This document shows, piece by piece, positions 25,429-38,390 of a stretch of 64,000 bases of DNA (its first letter is position 1; each line of letters starts with the position of its first letter). The notes beneath the pieces are model-generated. The model did not search any database and was not told the DNA's origin. It worked only from the letters and a program-made list of their open reading frames with translations. Source of the DNA: Lingula anatina (lineage: Eukaryota; Animalia; Brachiopoda). The position numbers and the translations under genes were made by a program. The stretch covers positions 10,106,001 through 10,170,000 of the forward strand of contig CM120647.1 in NCBI GenBank assembly GCA_051362555.1, in the 5' to 3' direction.

Positions 25429-27673
25429 CAACCATTTCTCTCTCTCCTGGTCTGGTATTGGTTCATCCCACTGTAATTTCTGTCTGCTTAACTCTTGTAG
25501 AATCTTCTTTGCCTGCAAGATGTATGGACTGGCAAAACCTAAGGGATCAAATATGCTGCTGACCATACTCAAAATACTCTTCTGGTCAGAGGTTTCTCTT
25601 AAAGAGCATGCAATCTTGTAACAAAAACATCCTCTACAACATTCCAATAAACACCTAGAGCTCTCTCTGTAGGTAACGCTTGTTGACTGAGGTTGACTTC
25701 AGCACCTTTGGCTCTCTCTTGGACTGGGATAGATTCCAAGACTTCATGTTTGTTGCTCATCCACTTAGTTAGTTTAAACCCTCCAGATTCTAGCAACTCG
25801 CATAACTGGGGAATAAACTTCACTGCAGTTTCCACGTCTGGTAGTGTCTTTAGGCAATCGTCTACGTAGAAATATTTCTTGACTGTTTCCACAACTGATT
25901 CATCACAACCAGTCTGGTTCACTTCAGCTGTATGTCTGAGGACGAAACTAGAAATTAGAAATGCTCGGACACCATGTATCACCAAATAAATGGACTGTCA
26001 TTCTGTGGTCTACAGCTGGTTGAGACAAGTCTCCATTTGGCCACCATAAAAAAATCAACACACATCTCTCAATGGGGGGAACTTTTACTTGATGGAACAT
26101 GGACTGTATGTCTGCCATTATCGCCTCTGGCTCTTCTCTGCATCTAAGTAGGACTCCTAGTAGACTGTTAGTTAGATCCGGCCCCTGGTATACTTATTCA
26201 TTCAAGGAAGTCCCTTTGTATTTTGCTGAGCAGTCAAATACAACTCTTGTTTTCTCTGGTTTTCTGGGATTTATCACTGAATGGTGATGTAAATACCAAG
26301 TAGGCATGTCATTTTGTTCAGTTGAGAAAGGTGTTTTCTCTGCATATCCACATTCTAACAGATCTTTCATGTAGCAACAATAGTTTTGCTTCAAAACTGG
26401 GTCTTTTGTCAACTTTTTCTGCAGATTTCCTAGTCGCTGCTGGGCTATCTGAAGATTATTGGACAATGTTGGTGGTCTTTTTCTGAATGGAATAGAAACT
26501 TCATAATGACGATCTTCATTCTGCTTCAAGGTTTCTTCCCACATACTTAATGTCTTCTTACCGTTGTACGACATGGCCTTCTCATCAGTAAGATTATCTA
26601 TGTCTTCAACTCTCCAAAATTTTGCGACTTGATCTTCTAATGTTAGAAAGTTTGATGTCACTTTAGGTTCCTTTGTCAAACAAAAACAAGAGAAATATCT
26701 AGCTACTGTACAAATTTTGCCCCAATAAAAAGCTTGGTTGCTGAGAAATTTGAGAAATTAGAATGTGTTGCTTAACTTATTGTATGAGCATCAGTGTATG
26801 TACAAAAACATTAAGAGCATGTATGAAAACTTCCAAGCATGTGTTACAAGGTAAGACAAGTAGTGGTATATCCCCGGCCTTTAATACAACACTAGGTGTA
26901 AAACAAGGTGACACATTGAGCCCATTTCTTTTTAATATTTTATTGATGACCTTCTTAGATCAATTGATGGCGAAAGTGCTGCAAGTCCAGATATAAATGG
27001 AATACCCTTACAAGGTTTACCCTATGCTGATGACCTCATCCTTATGTCCAATACCCCCAAGGGGCTAAGGCAAAGTTTGGAAATTGTAGAAAATTTCTGT
27101 AACAAGTGGAGACTGACTGTAAATGTCACCAAAACTAAAATAGTTATTTTCAACTCAAAATCAAAATCTCACAGTGAACAATTTTTTCTGTATGGAAAAC
27201 CAATCCAAGAGGTCAACAAATACATGTATCTAGGTCTCCTTCTAAATCGATCAGGAAGCTTTACAGAAACCCAAAGGAATCTCCTCCAACGTGCTACAAA
27301 GGCAATCTTCAGTCTGTCCAAGTCTCTTCCATTTCAGAGTAATGTTAACACATTCTTAAAAGAAAAATTATTTGATACCCTCATTTCCCCAATCCTTACA
27401 TACTGCTCAGAGATATGGGGCTACTCTATGTCAATGGATAACTGGCCTACAGAAAAGTTACAATAAAAATTGGGCATACAAATCCTTGGCCTCCATCGAA
27501 ACGTATCAAACTATGGTGTATACACTGAACTTGGCCGCCTTCCCCTCTATACCAAAATACAGTTTGCATCTATCAAACTATGGTGTAAAATTATTCAAAT
27601 GTCTGATAATACACTAATGAAACAAGCATACATACAAGAGATAAATAGTTACAAGTTGCTGACACCTTATGTT

Positions 27674-29695
27674 TATGGAACGCCATTCAGCAAAAAATGC
27701 AGACGTCAATTCAACAATCTATCGGCACTATTTAACAGCCAAAACCTACTTTAACTATCTAAACTTAATTCTACTAAATTAGTTTTGGTCATTTTAATCA
27801 TTCGTCAAAATCTAACAATCAAAAAACAATTCAAAAGTCAGTTACTGCAACTCAACAATCAGTCACCGTAACTCAACAATCAGTCACCGTAACTCAACAA
27901 TCAGTCACCGCAACTCAACAATCAGTTACTGCAAATCAACAATCTGTCGTGGACTTAACACCAGATGGCGCGCACACCTTCAGCGATCTGAAACGTCCTT
28001 GACCTTTTCCATGTTTTCAATTCCGCATAATTATGCAGCACACGAACAGTATGTGGTTTCTCTAAATGAAACCAGACAACGTTTGTGTTTTTAATCTACA
28101 AATACTAAAAAAAATCAATTAAGTTAGTAAATAGGCCAGGAACAAGAACTTATTATAAAGTATATTTTATATTAACTATTATTGAAGATCATAGTAATAA
28201 ACAAATTGCATTTCGATGTACTCCATGCTATGGTCTTTATTTAAAAATAGCATTTTTTATGAGAATACATATTGCATCGTATTGTTTGGTTCCATTGCTG
28301 CGCTTTCAAAATTAAAACATGCGGTCAGGTCCAACATAAAGATCATACGAAGTCGTATGACGTAATGTCTTGTAGTCTAGTAGCTTTTGAATATTTGCGG
28401 CGGTCTCTGTGTATGACGCCAAGGTAAAGAAATTAATTATACAATTACAGGTAGTTAAAGTTTGCGTCATGGACCATACATGTAGATAAGGAAGAAGGAT
28501 ATAAGCAATACCTTGAGAGATATACGGCAGACATGAAGAAGGAAGCAGCGAGGAAGGAGATTGGAAGCGACGGAGTACGAAGCTGATGAGTTAAGTGTTG
28601 GAGACTTTACTTAGAATATGTAGCTTCCAAGCGTCAACGAATAAATCGTTTAACTGGTCAGTTGTTGAATAAAGCAGCGTTACATTGATTTATCCTTGTG
28701 GTTGACTAGGTTTCTGGCGCACACACGTGTAGTTTTCGACATTCGAATTTGGGATCGGTCGTGAGAGTGAAAGGTTACTTGTGTAAGTGAGCGTAAGTAA
28801 ACGATAGTGAGTGAAAGCTTCCTACGATTTAGTACGTGCAGTACAATGCGCTCCAAAACCGGGAGATGAAGTTTAAAAAATTATAGGCCTATTGGCCAAA
28901 TTCGCCCTCGCACAAGAATGTCCTCGCAGCATTATCGGCAATTAACCTTCTATTCCTACGATTTTGAATGTATTTTGCAATATCATTTTCAATCTGGCAC
29001 ATGAAGAATTTTATTAATCAAGAGTGGGGAGGGGTGGAAAATCCCCATTGGGCCCACATATAGGCCTAACACTATAAATAATGGGAATCTCCTTAAAATG
29101 AAGGTAAAATAAATGTTATTCTAAGGAATTCTGACGGATTCACTTTTTACAACATAAAATCGATAGAACATTTCTAATATAAATTTGCAAAATGACACCA
29201 GAGAGCAAATGAAATAAAATCAACCAGACGGTAAACAAATCAATAGAACATTTCTAATATAAATATGCAAAATGACACCAGAGAGCAAATGAAATAAAAT
29301 CAACCAGACGGTAAACACCGACAGGCTTTCACTGCTACTTGTTTATTTCAAACACTGCACTTTTTGCGCATGTGCAGTTGTTTGAAGCCTGTGCTCTGGA
29401 AAAGGTCAAGGACGTTTCAGATCGCTGAAGGTGCGCGCGCGCCATCTGGTGTCAAGTCCGCGACAGATTGTTGATTTGCAGTAACTGATTGTTGAGTTGC
29501 GGTGACTGATTGTTGAGTTGCAGTAACTGACTTTTGAATCGTTTTTTGATTGTTAGATTTTGACGAATGATTTAAATGACCAAAACTAATTTAGTAGAAT
29601 TAAGTTTAGATAGTTAAAGTAGGTTTTGGCTGTTAAATAATGCCGATAGATTGTTGAATTGACGTCTGCATTTTTTGTGTGAATGGCGTTCCATA
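27674..29695. mobile_element. Non-autonomous DNA transposon with long TIRs (IS3EU-like)
   Basis: TIRs of about 300-335 bp (TATGGAACGCC...GGCGTTCCATA). 6-bp TSD TATGTT at 27668-27673 and 29696-29701. TAY termini with a 6-bp TSD fit IS3EU. Confidence 0.88.
29163..29317. repeat. About 80-bp tandem duplication inside the IS3EU-like element
   Basis: ATAGAACATTTCTAATATAAAT.TGCAAAATGACACCAGAGAGCAAATGAAATAAAATCAACCAGACGGTAAACA occurs twice. Confidence 0.9.
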
Positions 29696-30376
29696 TATGT
29701 TCCACCCCCAGTCCACACTCTCAGACCAGCTTGTATGTCATGGTCTGAGGGGATCCGAAAACTCCTTTTCACATTTGGACTTGGGGATGCGTGGCTAAGC
29801 CAGACACCTCCAAAAAAACTTCACCACAATTTTTAAACAAAGACAAATTGGCCACTTTGCCTAACAAGGCAGCAAAGCTGTCAAATGTACAGACAAAAAG
29901 CAGGAAATAACAAAATAGGCTACTGTCAATTCTGATCAAAAGTACATTATGTTAAACTGCAAATTCAACATCAAATTTTAATTATGCTCAACAGGTAATA
30001 CCAATGTCAGTAAAATGTGTAACAAGCATAAGGCTTCAGGCCCATAGGAGTTCACACTTTGAAAATGTAAAACTTCCAGAAAAAGAAGTCAATTAGAATG
30101 CTTTTCCAATTCAGACTGCATTTTAGTCCTGTATTTCTTTTTTGAAAGTTTGGCAATCAAAAGTAACATGGTTTTCCCATAATGGTCATCATGGCAGCAG
30201 CACCAAAATTGTATTTTCTTCTGTTCTGATGCAATATTACATAATGGTGAACAGCATAATGACAGTCAATTTTTAATAATAAAATATACGTATCATGAAT
30301 TTTCAGAAAATGTGACTAGCATGGCCCTTCAAGCCTGTGGAACTTCAAAGTCACACCTTGAAAATGCCAATATGTG

Positions 30377-31443
30377 TGTTACGGTTTGGCCCGTCTTAGC
30401 TGTTATGCACATCGGTGGAGATAGCGTTTTACTTTTTTTACTAGAGCACGCGCTTATCATAGATATGTTCTGATCATTAAAAGACGCTAATTCCCGCAAT
30501 GAGGTAAGACTTTATGAATCATTTAGTAATTTAAACAGTTAATAAGAACTTTATAAGTTAGAATTGTAACATAATTTAAGGATGATTTCTTAATTTGATG
30601 TATTTTGTTCATTTCAGTTTCTACGTGACAATTTCAATGACAAGCAAATAAAACAGATGTGAAAAAGACTAAAGAAGTTTGCTTATTCGTAACAGTAGAA
30701 ACTCAGCGACGATTTAGTGAAAGATAGTAGAAACTCAGCGACGATTTAGTGAAAGACGATCAGCATAGTATTTAGAAAAGATGGCAACACAAGCAGAAAT
30801 GATACTTCTCCAAGCAGAACTGAAAAGGGTAGAGTCGGATATAGACCAAACCATGCGTGAGTTGGAAAAGCATTTTAATATCACAAAGTCAAATATAAAA
30901 AAGACATCTACGCCCAAAAACGCACTAACATCTTGTGCCCCACTCACTTTGTGTGAGCAAACTACGATAGCAAAGGAACTCAGTAAACCAAGAATTCAGA
31001 TTCAAGTATTTGAAGGTGACCCGATCAAATATGTGCTGTTTAAGAGACAGTTTAAAAGTAGAATCATAGAAACATGCGACTCTGATGATGAAAAACTGAA
31101 CTATCTACTTCAATACACCAGAGGTGAGCCTCATGAAATTACGCTAGGATTCGCTCACTTAGATGCAACCATTGGTTTCAAGGCCGCATGGAAGGAATTT
31201 GAGAGAAGGTATGGGGACCAAGAACAGATTGCGACATCGTATATAAACCGTGCCTTACAGTGGCCAGTGATAAAGCATGATGATTATGTCGCACTAGACA
31301 AATACGGCATATTTTTAAGGGAATGTGAATATGCAGTAAAAGAAATAGATGCCATTCCAGTCCTCGAGTATCCTGATAACCTTAAGAGGCTAATGACGAA
31401 GCTGCCGCTCAAATTGCATGATAAATGGAGAAGCATAGTAACA
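30377..31443 (+). mobile_element. Truncated BEL element (BEL-3): one putative LTR (30377-30694) plus partial gag, flanked by a 5-bp TSD
   Basis: Starts TGTTAC and ends GTAACA. TSD ATGTG at 30372-30376 and 31444-31448. The empty HINE module AATATGTGAAAAATT is seen at about 63587. An LTR-like segment ends CGTAACA at 30694 and is followed by GTAGAAAC. Confidence 0.85.
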
Positions 31444-31449
31444 ATGTGA
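30781..31449 (+). pseudogene. BEL gag fragment (DUF1759-like)
   Basis: FEGDPIKY..FKRQF, EKLNYLLQYTRGE, RYGDQEQIATSY..W, KLPLKLHDKW. The stop codon lies in flanking DNA. Confidence 0.88.
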
Positions 31450-32772
31450 AAATTTAAATTTTCACAAAAAAAAAAAAAAAAAAAAAAAAAAAGGTTTAAC
31501 TGGCAGATTGCATTGCCTACTGAAGCTATATTTTAGTCCCATGTTTCTTTCCTGTAAGTTTGAGAACAGTAAGTGACATGGTTTTTCTTAAATGGTCATC
31601 ATGGGAGCAGTGCCCAAAATAGGTTTTTTGATGCAATATTGTATAATGTTTAACAGCATAATGACCATCAATTTTTAATTATAAAATATTAGTATCAGGG
31701 ATATTCAGAAAATGTGAATAGCAAAAGTCTTAAGGCCCTTGGAACTTCAAAGTCGCAACTTGAAAATGCCAAAATGTAAACAAGACAGCACTGTTATGAA
31801 ATGTTTTTTTGCCATTTTTATATGATCAACTAAGAAAATTGATGAGATGGGGAAAATATCAATAGAGCAGTGTAAAATGTCCAATTTCTTCCATTCTGAA
31901 CATAGTGAATGATTGAATCTGACAAACTGCAACTATATGAGTTTATTTCCATTTTTGAAACTTTATTACACAATGCACGATAAAAAGTTTACCATCATTT
32001 TTACAAAATCAACTAACAATGTTGTAAAGATGCAGAAAATGTCAAACAAACACTTTTAAGTATCTTATTAATTAAATAATGAAACTGTTATCATGCCTTA
32101 GAATTGAATCTGAGGAAATGTGAAAAAAAAAAAACAGCATAACTTCTAAAATAATAAATAAAAGGGCTTTTTTTAAATAAAATGGAGAGAGGAAGCTAAG
32201 TTATTCACATTCTTGATTATATATATACCATGTTACTTCTGATTGCCAAACTTTCAAAAAAGAAATACAGGACTAAAATGCAGTCTGAATTGGAAAAGCA
32301 TTCTAATTGACTTCTTTTTCTGGAAGTTTTACATATATAACATAGTCACCTCAACCTGTCTATCTAAAACAGGTAACCAAGAACTGTTACCTCCATCACA
32401 TTTACAGCAACCTTGCAAGCAATTCAGTTTATTGGAATGTATTTCCGAATAACAAGTTAAGAAAATTCACTAGTTAACTAAAGACACAAAACAACTGTCA
32501 ATTTTACTTTAAAACCATTTTGTTATTATTTTGATAAATTTAGTTACAGTATTGATAAACAAAGTATCACGTTTTCAATAATTAATATTTTAAATTACAA
32601 TCCATAACTGCAAGGTTGTGTCATTGACCAAAATACAACGTTGAGTCAACATCACATTATGACCTTGCTTCGACGTGGCTGGATCAACGTTAATTTTACG
32701 TTGAATTTAGGTAGATCAACGGCAATTCAACGTATCAACCTGTTTTCAACGTTCATCCAATGCAACTATGCC

Positions 32773-32938
32773 CAGGGGCGTAACCAGGCATACGCACGGA
32801 TGCACTGTGCGTACAATTTTTTAAGCCAACCATGATATTATTCTCCATTAATTCAGTGTATTTTTCAAGGAATATAATCGTACCTGGGAATTTTCAAAAT
32901 CTGTGCGTACAATTTTTAAAGGTCTGGTTACGCCCCTG
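32773..32938. mobile_element. 166-bp MITE, hAT-like (hAT5-type 5-bp TSD)
   Basis: TIR CAGGGGCGTAACCAG / CTGGTTACGCCCCTG; TSD ATGCC on both sides. Confidence 0.85.
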
Positions 32939-34980
32939 ATGCCTGCTGGGTTACTTCTACAATAATGGCCCGATCATGCTGATTTTCAAACTTGACCTGC
33001 GTTTTATGAATATTCATCAGCTCTGTAAATATACAGCCAAAAAGTAAAACTGCCCTCCACTTATCCTGTATACAATGAAAGTTCATGGCACCAGCACTCG
33101 CGATGACGGAGACGACAGACGCAGGTGATGGCGATATATACAGACACATCTATATATATTTACTGTACTGTTTGAGAACAGTAAGTGACATGGTTTTTCT
33201 TAAATGATCATCATGGGAGCAGTGAACCAAATAGGTTTTTATTACACAAATAGGTTTTATTACACAATACACGATAACAAATTAACCATCATTTTTACAA
33301 AATCAACTAACAATGTTGTAAAGATGCAGGAAATGTCATACAAACACTTTGAATATCTTATTGATTAAATAATGAAACTGTTAATATGCCTTAGAATTTA
33401 ATCTGAGGAAATGTGAAAAAACAACATAACTTCTAAAATAATGGCCCGATTATGCTGATCTTTTAACTCAACTTGTGTTTTAGCAGGATTGACCACTCCT
33501 GTGAGTTTAATGACAATTGGCCTATCTGTTTTTCTTATATTGTGTTTACAGTGTTGCATATATGCTGAAAAGTGAAAAAAAAAGCATAACTACTAAAATA
33601 GTGGACTGATTATGCCGATTTTCTAACTTGACCTGTGTTTTAGTAAGATAGAATACTCCTGAGAGTTTTATGACAACAGGCCTATCGGTTTTCCTTGGAA
33701 AGTGTTAACAGTGTTGCATATAACTTGCCAAGTATTTATGGTTAGCCTTCCAAAAAAGGGACTGTGCTGCACCCATAACCAGTTGAGTAGGTAGAGCCAT
33801 TTGGGCTCTGCCAAATATGTTTTGTATTTTTCATACAAGGAGTCATACAATATCACTATTGATCATAATTCATATTTATATATATTTGCATTCCTTTGTA
33901 CATTTACATCTATTCATGTAGATGCATACGTTACAATGAATAAAGGTATATGCTGAAAAGTGAAAAATAAAGCATAACTTCTACAATAATGGCCCGATCA
34001 TGCTGATTTTCAAACTTGACCTGCGTTTTATGAATATTCATCAGCTCTGTAAATATAAAGCCAAAAAGTAAAACTGCCTTCCACTTATCGTGTTTACAAT
34101 GAAAGTGCACGGCGCCGGCGACGGCGATGATGGGGACGACAGACACAGGTGATGGCAATATGTACAGACACATCTATATATATTTACTGTACTGTTTGAG
34201 AACAGTAAGTGACATGGTTTTTATTCTTAAATGGTCATCATGGGAGCAGAGCCCAAAATAGGTTTTTTCAAATTTTGATGTAATATTACATAATGTTAAA
34301 CAGCATGATGACCATGAATTTTTAAGAATAAAATATGAGTATCATGGATATTCAGAAAATGTGACTAGCAAAGGTCTTCAGGCCCATGGATCTTCAAAGT
34401 CACAACTTGAAAATGCCAAAATGTAAACAAGACAGCACTGTTCTGAAATGTTTTTTTTCTGTTTTTAACAATTTTTAACATAAAATAAAATTACCAGTTT
34501 ACTGCCATTTTTATATGATCAACTAAGAAAATTGATGAGATTGGAAAAATATCAACAGAGCAGTGTTAAATGTCCAATTTCTTCCATTCTGAGATTCTGA
34601 ACATAGTGAATGATTGAATCTGACAAACTGCAATGATATGAGTTTATTTCCATTTTTGAAACTTTATTACACAATACACGATAACAAGTTTACCATCATT
34701 TTTACAAAATCAACTAACAATGTTGTAAAGATGCAGGAAATGTCAAACAAAAACTTTTACCGGCAATATGTACAGACACATCTGTGTCTGTACATAAAAA
34801 TGTGACTAGCAAAGGTCTTCAGGCTCATGGAACTTTAAAGTCACAACTTGAAAATGCCAAAATGTAAACAAGACAGCACTGTTCTAAAATGTTTTTTCCC
34901 CATTTTTAACAATTTTTAACATTAAACAAAATAAACAGTTTAATGCCATTTTTATATGATCAACTTAGAAAATCGATGAG

Positions 34981-36759
34981 ATAATAATATAATAATATTT
35001 ATTTCTTATATAGCGCATTCCATTTTTTACATTTCAATGCACTTTACAAATAATTAAAAAGTCTAAAAATAACAATACTAAAATACTTTAACATTTACTG
35101 ATAAAATTAATTAATTAAAGAAAGCAGAGAAAATTTATTGATATAACTTTAAAATACTACTAAAATTAACCCAAGCTCACTCTTAATAAATGATAAACAA
35201 CTAAAAGGTTTAAAGGAACACTAACCATAAAATTCTTTAAAAAGATGAGTTTTAAGACAGGCTTTAAAAGTATTATAGTCACTTTCAGCTCTGATACTAA
35301 AAGGCAATTTGTTCCACAATTTTGGAGCATAAACAGTAAAAGCCCGGTCTCCATAGAATTTGTTGCATTTTCTGTCTATTTCACAGTGATTGAGTATAAA
35401 ATTGTTTTCAAAAGAGTTTCTTGTTAACCTGCGTGGTTCAGATGACTGAATAAGATGTGCAATATAACCAGGTGTGTTTTCTTTAAAACCTCTAAAAATT
35501 ATGCACAACACTTTGAATAAAATTCTTTGTTTGATTGGCAGCCAATGCAATTCCTTTAACACTGGAGTGATATGATCCAAGCTCTGGTTCCTTATCTTTT
35601 TAACTAATCTGGCCGCTGAATTTTGAATCAATTGGATTTTTTTCAATTTGCTGTCACTCACCCCAAAAAGAATACTGTTGCAATAATCTAATTTTGATGT
35701 AATAAAAGCATGAACTAATTTTGTAGTTGTTTCGAATCTTCCCTATTCTCCACAGTGAAAAAGATGCCGACTTACAAACATTGTCTATATGCTTGTCAAA
35801 GATCCCAGCTGAATCAAAAAACACACCTAAATTTCTAGCACTGACAGATGCTTTCACAGACACATTGCCAATGCCAACATTAGTGTAAGTAGCACAGTCC
35901 TTTCTATCTTTAAATTTAGATGAAAACCAGATTATTTCCGTTTTAGTGTCATTTAGAGCCAGCTTATTTGAAAGCATCCACACCCGGATCTCATCAATAC
36001 ATTTCTCTATGTTTGACACTACAGAATAATCACACCGACTATCACAAGTTACATAAATCTGAGTATCATCAGCAAAAATTGTGGTCTGAAGATTGTGCTT
36101 AGAAATGATCTCCTCAAGAGGCACCATATAGAGTGAAAAAAGTAGTGGGCCTAACACCGATCCCTGTGGAACACCATATTTCAGGGTTTCAGGGGCAGAA
36201 AGAAGGGAATTAATTTCCACTTTTTGTGTTCTTCCCTTTAAGTAAGAGCTCAACCAATCAATCGCCATTCCTGTAATGCCAAACCTGCACTGCAAACGTT
36301 GTAGTAAAATATCATGGTCAATCATGTCGAAAGCAGCAGAAAGATCCAAGAGGACCAAGATGACATCACAGTGATTGTTTAATGAGAGCATGATATCATT
36401 TTGAACCTTTAGCAGGGCTGTTTCAGTACTATGACCCGTTCTGTAGGCTGATTGGAATTTACCATACAGAGAATGTGCTGTTAAGTAGTTGTTCAGTTGC
36501 GAGAATGCCATTTTTTCCAGAAATTTACTAATGAAAGAGCAGTTGGAAATTGGTCTATAGTTTTTCAGCTCATTTCTTTCAAGACTGCTCTTCTTTAAGA
36601 GAGGCTTTACAACAGCAGTTTTACAGAGATCAGGAAAAATTCCAGACTCAAAAGATGTATTTGTTATTTTCATGAGTGCTGGAGATACTGCTTCTATGCA
36701 ATCCTTTACTAAGTATGTTGGCATTGGGTCCAGTGAGCAGGATTTTGCTGGATTTGCTG
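34981..36759 (-). mobile_element. 5'-truncated L2/CR1-group LINE (RT domain and 3' end) inserted in HINE-A3
   Basis: KSCSLDPMPT, QSAYRTGHSTETAL, LLDLSAAFD, GVPQGSVLGPLLF, FADDTQIY, HITPVLKELHWLP, GDRAF..APKLWN. 3' end GCGCTATATAAG..AATAAA(TAT)n. Short duplication GAGAT at both junctions. One frameshift/deletion near 35700. Confidence 0.93.
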
Positions 36760-37680
36760 GAGATGGGAAAAATATCAATAGAGCAGTGTTAAATGTCCAA
36801 TTTCTTCCATTCTGAGATTCTGAACATAGTGAATGATTGAATCTGACAAACTGCAACTATGAGTTTATTTCCATATTAAGTTTACTATCATTATTACAAA
36901 ATCAACTAACAATGTTGTAAAGATGCAGGAAATGTCAAACAAACACTTTTAAGTATCTTATATTAGTTTAATAATGAGACTGTTAACATGCCTAAGAATT
37001 GAATCTGAGGAAATGTGAAAAAACAGCATAACTTCTAAAATAATGGCCCGATTATGCAGATTTTTGAACTCAACCTGCATTTTAGCAGGATTGACCACTC
37101 CTGTGAGTTTAATCACAATAGGCCTATCTGTTTTTCTTATATTGTGCTTAAAGTGTTGCATATATGCTGAAAAATGTACAAAAAACAGCACTAAAATAGT
37201 GGCCCGATCATGCTGATTTTTGAACATGACCTGCGTTTTAGTAAGATTGATTACCCCTATGACTTTTATGACAACAGGCCTATTGGTGTTAACGGTGTTG
37301 CATATATGCTGAAAAGTGAAAAAATAGCATAACTTCTACAATAATGGCCTGATCATGCTGATTTTCGAACTTGACCTGCGTTTTATGAATATTCATCAGC
37401 TCTGTAAATATAAAGCCAAAAAGTAAATTTATCTTCCACTTATCGTGTTAACGCTGAAAGTGCACGGCGACGACAGTAACACCGGCGATGGTAGACGCAG
37501 GTCATGTGCGTAACTAGGCATACGCACGGATGCACTGTGCATACAATTTTTTGGCCAACCATGATATTATTTTATATAAATTTAGTGTATTTTTTACGGA
37601 ATATTAAAAATTCCTCTGCTTATTAAAGTCAACTGTATGTACAAATCCTCTGTATCAATTGTATAGGCACAATTGTTATG

Positions 37681-37681
<1 letters not shown>

Positions 37682-37719
<38 letters not shown>
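37682..37719. repeat. Poly-C tract (38 nt)
   Basis: Homopolymer read directly from the sequence. Confidence 0.95.
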
Positions 37720-37720
<1 letters not shown>

Positions 37721-38390
37721 TCTTGCAAACTGAGGTTAACAATGCCTGTAACCTTAACAAGTCCTATCTTAATCGTCCTTCTAACTGGAACTTCCTTTAC
37801 CTTTTAATTGGAGGGTTCAGTGGCCCTCGACTCTTCTGTACAATATTTCTTCAGAATATCAAGCGCATTCTCACTGGCGATATTTATCTCAGGTAAAAAT
37901 CTGCCTGAGTGTTATTTTCAAAGAGCAGCTCGATCCCGCAACCCTGGGGGCACTAGATAAAATCTGGACACCAGGTTTAAGAAGGAGCTAGAGAAACAAA
38001 GGAATAATTTTTCCTGCAAAACGTCAAAGAATTTTGACACGGACTTGACCCAGCTTACCCCCTCCAAACTAACAGGGTGACATGGGAAATTTTTACAAAC
38101 AAATAATTAAACTTAGATGTATCAGAGCTCTGTCGTGTCGTACACATTGGTTTGTTTTGGGAGCCATGCATCCACATGTAAGGTGAATGAAACCGTATGT
38201 AAGTTCAACTCAGAGGTGGATCCAGGATTTTTCGAAGGAGGTTCCACATATGAGAAGCAAGCCTCCTTTTAAATAAATATACCATTCTGGGTAATAAGAA
38301 TATTGAAACTTTTTTAATTGCGAGAATATTTCTGACTAAATGATGATTTTATTATTAATGGAAATTAAGCTGCGATGTGTGGTACACATG

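Larger units (their letters stand above)
15845..26680 (-). pseudogene. Degenerate BEL/Pao pol (BEL-2), LTRs not identified, interrupted by HINE-A2 and Gypsy-1
   Basis: Fragments: 26194-26679 (WYLHHH..RVVFDCS), 25599-25985 (FYVDD), 25411-25647 (IFDPLG), about 20170-20460 (FSDAS, TIPRLEL), 19874-20167, 18938-19846 (integrase), 18478-18673 (FWKRW) and 15845-16033 (W.IA...DGHVRSAEV..RPIAKL). Many frameshifts. Confidence 0.92.

Noticed and set aside
27837-27945. 21-bp repeats resembling a CRISPR array
   Set aside because: The units are head-to-tail with no unique spacers, are mirrored in the opposite TIR, have no cas genes nearby, and sit in a eukaryotic context.
28370-28850. Possible solo LTR inside the IS3EU-like element (TGTA..TACA, AATAAA)
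   Set aside because: No TG..CA pair with a matching TSD could be found.
37678-37896. Poly-proline ORF
   Set aside because: An artefact of the 38-nt poly-C tract.
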